From assembly GCA_964016885.1 (NCBI GenBank), contig OZ024740.1:192200001-192264000 (forward strand): DNA of 64,000 bases, in the 5' to 3' direction. Shown here piece by piece: positions 56,100-64,000 of this stretch. This stretch comes from Eledone cirrhosa (lineage: Eukaryota). The stretch's first letter is position 1. Each line of letters opens with the position of its first letter. The position numbers and the translations under genes were made by a program. Below the pieces are notes generated by a model. It was not told the DNA's origin, searched no databases, and saw only the letters and a program-made list of their open reading frames with translations.

Positions 56100-57302
56100 G
56101 ATTCTACGAAGCATGTTTTCCTGTAGTCCTTTTAACATCGAATTTCTTCGTTTATTGATTTAGCTCATCTTGTTGTCATTCCATGAGTGGTCAAGAATTG
56201 TACACGTCATCGGTATTTCTAGCCACTCATGGTTGCCCACTTCTAGCTTCCTCTCGTTCTCCACCTGTCAATCAAAATATCTTCATGTATCAGAATTACT
56301 ACTGTGGTGGGAAAGGGGCTGTAATCATGAATGGCTGGCATCACTTCCACGTCTTTATTGCCCCTAGGCGCCTTAGTCTACATCGGTCAGGTACACACCC
56401 GCAATTATGTATACACCAAACACATGCACATCTCATATACACGTTTATGAAATGGATGTTACACACAACCACAATAACTTGTTTGTGCACGCAGGCACGG
56501 CCCACTCCTACCCACAAGCAACGGGACCTGCATCATGCGCAGGCTCCTACCCAGTGCCTTAGCCCAACAGCCTCCATGTATATCATATAAACATTTGCAC
56601 CACAGCCCACAACTACTGTGTGAAACTTTAACCACACCTCGATAATGCCCGTTCCCCCTCTGCATCCTTGTCATGTATGCATTCTCTTTTTCCAGCATTT
56701 TATTTTATTGTATTTTATCTTTTATTTTATTATTGTATACTATTTCATTATTTTATGTTATGTGCATACAGGGTTTTTTTTATGATGAAAGCTTCCTTTT
56801 AAAAACGTTTTTTAAAAAACGTTCTTAATACAGGTTCTTTCTTTCCCTATTTCCTTTTCTTTTTGAAATATGTATGGCGGAGTGTATCCTAAGGCTATGT
56901 CCTACTAACGTTACGCTAAATATCCCCATGATTGATTTTTTTTTTTTTTTTTTTATTCCCGCAAAACATTATTTATGATGAACGCCGCATACAACATAAT
57001 TGCGTGTGTGTACCTGGCCGTTGTAGACTAAGGCGCCTAGGGGCAATGAAGACGTCGAAGTGATGCCAGCCGTTCAAGATTACAACCCTCTCCCACCACA
57101 ATAGTAATTCTGATACATGAAGATATTTTGATTGACAGGTGGAGAACGAGAGGAAGCAAGAAGTTGGTAACCATGAGTGGCTAGAAATACCGGTGACGTG
57201 TACAATTCTTGACCACACATAGAATGACAACAACAGGATCTAAATAAATAAAGGAAGAAATTCGATGTTAAAGGACTATAGGAACATCTGCTTCGTAGAA
57301 TC
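56100..57302. repeat. ~310-bp inverted repeat with ~580-bp spacer
   Basis: 56100-56410 is the reverse complement of 56994-57302. The ORF track shows the same peptides on both strands (56170+/57233- and 56183+/57451-). Confidence 0.92.
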
Positions 57303-57503
57303 GAGACGTATCTGACAACCGTGTTGATTTCAAAGTCAACTGTGATCACCATATCGATCGTGCCTCGCGCTGGTCGCCCGAGAAACATTTGCAATATGTC
57401 CAATAAATTCCTTTCGTCGCAACACTGGTTCTCTTTTTTCTGTGATATCATACTCTGCTCTACGAGGGCATTGAGTGCTCATACTGCCTACCGCATACGG
57501 ACG

Positions 57504-57521
57504 TTTTAAGCATCGAACACC

Positions 57522-57599
<78 letters not shown>

Positions 57600-57617
57600 G
57601 GTGTTCGATGCTTAAAA
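57504..57617. repeat. 18-bp inverted duplication across a (TA)n tract
   Basis: ttttaagcatcgaacacc / ggtgttcgatgcttaaaa, after which the TA repeat resumes. Confidence 0.9.
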
Positions 57618-57659
57618 TATATATATATATATATTTATATATGCGGGGCTGTGAATATT

Positions 57660-57755
57660 TGCGTCTCTTTCGTCGTCCTCCGGGGAAATCCCCTTCTCCA
57701 TTCTGACCGCCTGGGCTGTAGGTGGGCTGTTGTAGAGATCCTTCTAATTAAATAC
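57660..57755 (+). mobile_element. 3' tip of the CRE-like element seen at 13545-13885
   Basis: gtcctccgg.gaaa..ccttctccattctgaccgcc.gggctgt is shared with 13800-13843. Confidence 0.7.
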
Positions 57756-58107
57756 ACATTCTGAATTATTTGTGAATTGTAATCGAGAAAGTCTTCCAAG
57801 AGAGAAACGGAGATGGAAAATGATGCTGTATACGCTACTTAAACTAAAAATGCATGACGTTTTATAACTCTGTATATGACTACTTGAAATGTACTCAATC
57901 ATTACCAGTTGATGAGAATCATGTATATGTTACGTGATACATATGACAAGGAAAAATACATACATTTTCGAGACAGATAGTAGATATATGAACAATTGAT
58001 ATTTCGGTAGAAACAGGATTATACGGAGCTGCTAAACAACTGCGTCATATCCATAATTGGTTGGCCCTTTGCATTTTAACCATGCTGTTATTGTTGTTAA
58101 TATTCGA

Positions 58108-58290
58108 GTTGGCAGAATCATTAGGGCGTCAGACAGAATGCTTGGGTGTATTTAGTTACGGCCCTTTACCTCTGTGTTCCATCCGGCCAAGGTAAATTCC
58201 ATTCGTTTATGCCTGCAAAATATAGTAGCATTTAAGTTTTGGAGTCGATATATGCTGCCAAATTGTATACTCTTTGGCCAATGTTAAAAA
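58108..58290 (+). mobile_element. Old SINE family 1-like copy
   Basis: ttggcagaatcattagggcgtcagac...ccggccaaggtaaatt. Confidence 0.5.
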
Positions 58291-60249
58291 TTATTTTAAA
58301 CGAGCACGTTTACAATCATTTTGTATGCGAGTTTCAGTAGTTTCCCGATGCTTGAGTAGAAAGCTAATCTGAAAATATGTATTTACAAGTATTCATCTGA
58401 GAAGAAACGTTTTATTTATAATTTCACAGTGGATTTTGATAGATAAATACACGAGTTAAACTCCTATCGCGCTTTTTCGCTATTTCTGTCTTTCAAATTC
58501 ACGTATATATAATGTATACTGAGTGAGAGAGAGGGAGAAATTCAAAGAAGAAAGAATGAGTTAGAGGAAAATGGTAGAGGGAGAATGACTAGTGAAAAGA
58601 GAAAGGGGGTTAAGGAGAACGTCTAGAAGAAACGTGAGAGAATTTTATGGAACAAACTCCGTTAATTCATTACAAATTTTTGTTTGATCATACATCAAAG
58701 TTAACTTTACTGATATTGAATATAAAGAGATGTGATGCAAGGCTATTTAAAGTAACTCACAATAGGAAGTTAACGAAAGATATGAAAACAACCGAAATAA
58801 TTACAGGCTCTCTCAAGAACACTATAACAATTGTGATAATTTCATTGCTTTCAAAAGGCATAAATGTTCACGTTGGTCGCTGAAGGATTATTATTTTGAC
58901 AGATCCTGTTATCAAAATGTATTCACTACAAGTGTTAGGATCAGATGCTACACCGCTGTGATGGCAAACTTTATAGATACAAAAATACACTAGGAATCAC
59001 GCAATTATTAATTTGGCTGTTTACTATATAGAGTGCTAATGTGATTCAGTAAATATGGAAATAGTAAATAACTCTTGTTATTGTTTACTTTAAAAAGGCA
59101 AGAATGTTAAAATTGTGTCAAACAAGAAGTGTTTGAATGGAATTATGTGTAAAGGCATAAAAAATAATGATAAAAATGTACTCGCATTTACGTTATACTG
59201 CTTAGAATACAAAATATAAAGTAATATGTCAACTCAAGTTGTTTATACTGTATATTTCATATATTTATTTGAAAACACACACACACAGATACATACATAT
59301 TGTATATCTTTCTGCAAACATAATAACGCCAATCCCAATCCGGAATCCCAACAGCTGGTGCAAGTGACAAAATAAATCTTCTTCAAATCACGGGATGAAT
59401 TAATCAGTAAATGCAAAAACATAACGTAATCATTGATTAATTAGGCATGTGGAGTGACCAGGGTTGGATTGTCTTTGATAAAGGACAATGAAAAAATGCT
59501 GAACTAGGTCAAAACCACAACACCAATACCAAAATGGAGAAGCAACTAAACCTTCATGTAGAATGATGAATATACGTATATTAAGCTTCTGAATGTAATT
59601 CATGGTATTAGGATTATCAGTTATTGAATTATGTTACAATCAGAAGAAATATTATTCATACGGTTTACTTGTACACCGAAACCTATCAACCAGCCAAACA
59701 TATTCTCAGCTATTTGATAAAAATGACCGAGTCCGTAGCTATAAGGGGCACAGAAGCATTTTTAATATTGCGTGGAGTGTATATGTTTTGGTAACTTGTA
59801 AACATTCGTATACGCAGGTGTGTAGCCGACTTTCCTGGTTGAAGAAGGGGGAGAGTTACTGTTTAAGTTTAGCTCGGCTGAATGACTATGCGACGTAGCT
59901 GTACACGTCGTAGCTGCTGTACAGAAGAAGACCACAGGATGTTTATACACAATAACTAAACAAGTGAGCATGGTATGATTTTATTGATAGGTGTGTCCCG
60001 TCTACAGGTACGACTACTGGCATATTCATTCACGTAGATCATTTCCAGGAAACAGGAAAGCCCATATATATCCCTGAAGAATTTGCAATCCAAAGGCTTT
60101 TGGAACTTTTCCATCATACCACAAATTCCCCAGTAAACCGTACAGTGTTACGTCTTCCACACTCATAATCAGTAACCATTTATAGGACGTGAGGTAACCT
60201 TTCCAATGACCTCTTCATCCAACGTGTATACCTGACTAAGAATATAATC

Positions 60250-61584
60250 TCCGACTTGATTTGAACTAGGAAACATTAGTCATAGAATAAGGATAATAAC
60301 GTCCTCGGCCACTGACAAATGAAAATTATATACAACTTATATACAAGATCAACATTATCTTGACATTCTGATGATACCCTCAAATTATTTACAACATGCG
60401 ATCGGAATTTGTTTGTATAATGAGCGCAATATTCCGGTTTTTATATTTTACTACTGCTGCAATACCAATCTTGTGTTGAAGATTATATCTCAGAAAACCC
60501 CACTCTTGATTTGTATAATTTTGTATTTTATAAATTGGTAGTTGTTTCAATTATAGAAACGGAGAACGAATTTATGTTTCGGACATTTTATAAAATGTAT
60601 ATTGAAACAATTCTGAATGTAAACGAAGGTTACCATTTCATAAACATTGGTTTTCGTAAGATGGTACTTTCTATTTTAATATAATCAGTATGGTACTTTC
60701 TATTTTAATTTAAACCTGAATTAGTTAAGCAACATTGAACATCTGTACATACGAAAACACGAATCCGTACACAAATGTAGTCACGCATATATAGAAAATA
60801 TTCAGCATCTGGCAATATGCAGATCATAACACCAGATATACGACTCAGCTTGACGCGTGGTCTCGGTTCAGGCAAATAGGTCACCTGGGTTATTTAAATT
60901 TACATTCAAATATTTTCTATTAAAACAGTGCCCTGTGATTTATCGGAGAGGTGTCTGGTATTTCTAAAAGATCGAAATATAGAAGATATAATCAATATAA
61001 TATCTAAATAAGTTTCAGTGTATGCCGTTTAATTGAGCAGTTGATCTATGCTAAATAAAATTAATCAGGGAATCATTGAAAGCCATCCCCTGTCCAGACG
61101 AAAAAGAAGGTGGTGCCAGTTTTTTGAGACACGAAAAACGAGGCGGAGGTAGAGGAACTGCTAAATCTAAGTAATAGGGAAATGTTTCATGTTAATTGAA
61201 AGTATGATCCATTTTCGTTTTACATTTGAAATATCGTACTGAATTATAATGGGTAAAATATTGCTTTGTTTCGTCTTATTTGTCTTTCTTCACCATTTAT
61301 ATAATATATGTTTACCGTGTGAAGTACTGCTTTCAGACAGATACAGAGACATTTTGACATAGATGTATATTGGTAGAGAAATTATAAATGTATAAATAGA
61401 AATACACCGAGGAGTCCTACTCATACTATTATAAGGAACGGACATAATATACTGACAGGTACGCAACGTATCAGGAGAATAGAAATGTGAACATATTTTC
61501 CGTTGTGCACTGATATATCACGTTCAAGGTTCAATGGTAGTACAAGTAGCATTCATCTCAGACACACCGGAAAAAAATAAATGT

Positions 61585-61660
<76 letters not shown>

Positions 61661-62948
61661 GAGAGAGAGAGGGGAGAGAATGTTAGATAGACATATATAC
61701 ACTTCAAATACTATTATAGAAAATTCCAACATCATGTCTTAAAAGTATACTTCATTGATATAAATCATTATTTTTAATTTTTATATTCAATTACCAAACT
61801 GCTCAAAACTTATCTGTAATTTGCATTCATTAGGAACGATACACAGACTACATCAGGAGTATCGATTACTATATTTCTATTATTCATCTGAATATATCTC
61901 ATGTGAAACGTACAATAGAACAGGAAACGTTGGAGTAGCTGTTGCAATATGTTATTATCGACGAAATCAATGCTGTAGAAAACCGTGACTCCTGGTATAA
62001 GGTTGATTTATTTTGTTAATGATATATTTTAATAATGATTTTCATCACTGTTTTTGTCAATTGAATTAATATGCGTTATCTAAAGTCTTTTTTTTTTGCG
62101 GGGTATTATTTCAAGACTTATATATTAATCAAATGGTGATGAAGAAATGTAAAGAGCAGAATTATATCTCCCGTTTCCCTTCACAATAATGGTAAATTTG
62201 TCTAGCCGACTAAAACGTTAACGTTTTATCCAGTTTGTATATATGTGATTAAGTAGAAACTCTAAGATCAAATACAAACTGCATAAGCAATGTTAAAAGG
62301 TAAACCATTGCAAACGCATGATTATTCTCATCGAATATAAAATAATATTGCATTCATGCTTTGTCATAGTTAAACTACATAAAATAGAGAGCTCTGAATA
62401 TAGGCTAAGCTTAATACATTCTATATATGCGTGAGTAACTATGTGTGCGGTTTTTTCTTTTTGTATGTAAACAATTTCAATATTGTTTAAATAGTTGAGG
62501 TTTAAATTAAAGTAGAAAGTACCATACTTCTTTAAGATCACCCTCTTACGAAACACCAATGTTTATCAAATGGAAACCTTCGTTAATATTCAGAATCCTT
62601 TCAATATACGTTTCATAAAATGCCCGAAACATAACATCGTTTTCCCTTGTAAAATTAAAACGAATACCTACTCATAAAATGCAAAATTAAACAAATCAAG
62701 AGTATAAACTTCAATGCAAGATTGTCTTACATCAATACAGTGTCTATTGAAATATAAATAAGTATAACAACGAAAGTTTTGCGCTCATTTCAAACACAAA
62801 TTCCGATTGCCTGTTGTAAATAATGTGAGGGTAACATTAGAATGTCATATAATCTTGATCTTGTTCATAACTGTTCATAGGTTAGAGGCCGAGAACCTTA
62901 TCATCGTTATTTTATGACAAATGTTTCGTAGTTCAAATTAGCCAGGAA
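60250..62948. repeat. Old ~480-bp inverted duplication (60250-60742 / 62475-62948)
   Basis: Collinear reverse-complement blocks, e.g. agtatggtactttctattttaatttaaacct / aggtttaaattaaagtagaaagtaccatact and atttgaacta / tagttcaaat. Confidence 0.85.
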
Positions 62949-63569
62949 TACAACTCTTATGGAAAGCATAAATCAACTATTTGAAGTCTAACATAGATAT
63001 GCGTCAAATGTCATAGCTTTACTTTTGTTTCGCTATGGTTTTACGTGTTTCATTAGCGTTGAATAAAATCGTTACAGGTCCTCCCCCAGCTGCCGCTAAA
63101 ATACATTTTCGGCTGAATGAAATGAAATAATAAATTGCCTTGTCAACAGGTCATACCAGCTGGAAATATATTACACACTCCTCTAAACAATCGGTTACGG
63201 GCCCAGATAGTGTAGATAGATAGATATTTTGAATATATTTAAACATTAAATACGAGGCTAATAGACGAGGAATTTATTGTTTGAGACGTTCATACGTTTT
63301 ATGGTTTCAACAGTTTTCTAGACGAACGAGGATGTATAGTGTTTTTGATGTGGGTAGCAGCATATTTGAAAACATCCCGATCAAGATAGATTATGTTGTT
63401 TGGTTGTTATAATCTTCACGTGTGCTATTCTTTTAGCAACGTTGCTTCTAAAAGGTGGATTTCAGAGGTCTTCAAAAAATTCACAATCGTAAATCTAGAT
63501 TCAAGGAAGGATCTTAAATGATAACAAAATTCCTCTAGAATAATAATAGTACACTTAAAAAATAAATGT

Positions 63570-64000
63570 GGTGTAGTAGCAGAATCACTAGAGTATCACA
63601 ATAAATATATTCTGGAATTTACATATAAATACCAACTAAATCTTGCTGAAGTGAATTTTACTTTTCCTCCTACGAGTTCTGATAAAATAAGATACAAGCA
63701 AAAGACCTATGTCAATTTAATTGTCTAGCCCTCCTCCAAATTACTGATTTGTGCCAGGCTAGAAAAATAGTTCACACCAAAATGATGATGATATATAATT
63801 ATTTGCAACAGATATATATTTTCCATTATTGATTATAGGTGCTTTGGATTGGCTGTATCGGTAGAGCGTCGGACAACATACATTGCGGAATATATTTATG
63901 TCTCTTTATGTTCTGAGATCAAATTTTACTGAGATTAATTTTGTCTTTCGTCCTTACGTAGTCGATAACATAAAGTAGCATAATGCACTTGGGTCCATTT
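63570..64000 (+). mobile_element. Two old SINE family 1-like copies (63570-63770 and 63837 to window end)
   Basis: ggattggctgtatcggtagagcgtcggac...gttctgagatcaaat...tttcgtccttacgtagtcgataa. Confidence 0.65.

Noticed and set aside
59890-60240. Possible minus-strand exon after ttcttagtcag
   Set aside because: All three frames stop quickly and no protein motif is recognisable.

Overview
AT-rich, microsatellite-dense animal DNA. The SINE families and (TA)n/(CA)n load suggest a cephalopod such as Octopus, which is inference only. No host protein-coding gene is supportable; nearly all ORF-track entries are microsatellite read-throughs. The window holds decayed mobile elements: two Penelope-like elements (PLEs) with RT, Cys linker and C-terminal GIY-YIG at 28.2-31.5 kb and 47.65-52.6 kb; RTE, CR1, R4/Dong and CRE LINE fragments; two non-autonomous Helitrons; a hAT MITE; and two tRNA-derived SINE families. 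The most striking signal is a recurring architecture inside (TA)n tracts: short head-to-head fold-back inserts, often with one arm carrying an extra tail. Several carry type I hammerhead ribozymes (HHRs) that can be folded by eye, with nine whole or degenerate motifs from about six sequence families. Notable details are a CCGANGA core in two unrelated families, fold-back junctions inside or next to ribozyme stems, one insert that captured 133 bp of DNA from 2.9 kb upstream, and a U-UUU-UUA heptamer in phase to fuse the PLE upstream ORF to RT by -1 frameshift. All alignments and folds were done by eye and coordinates are approximate to a few bases.
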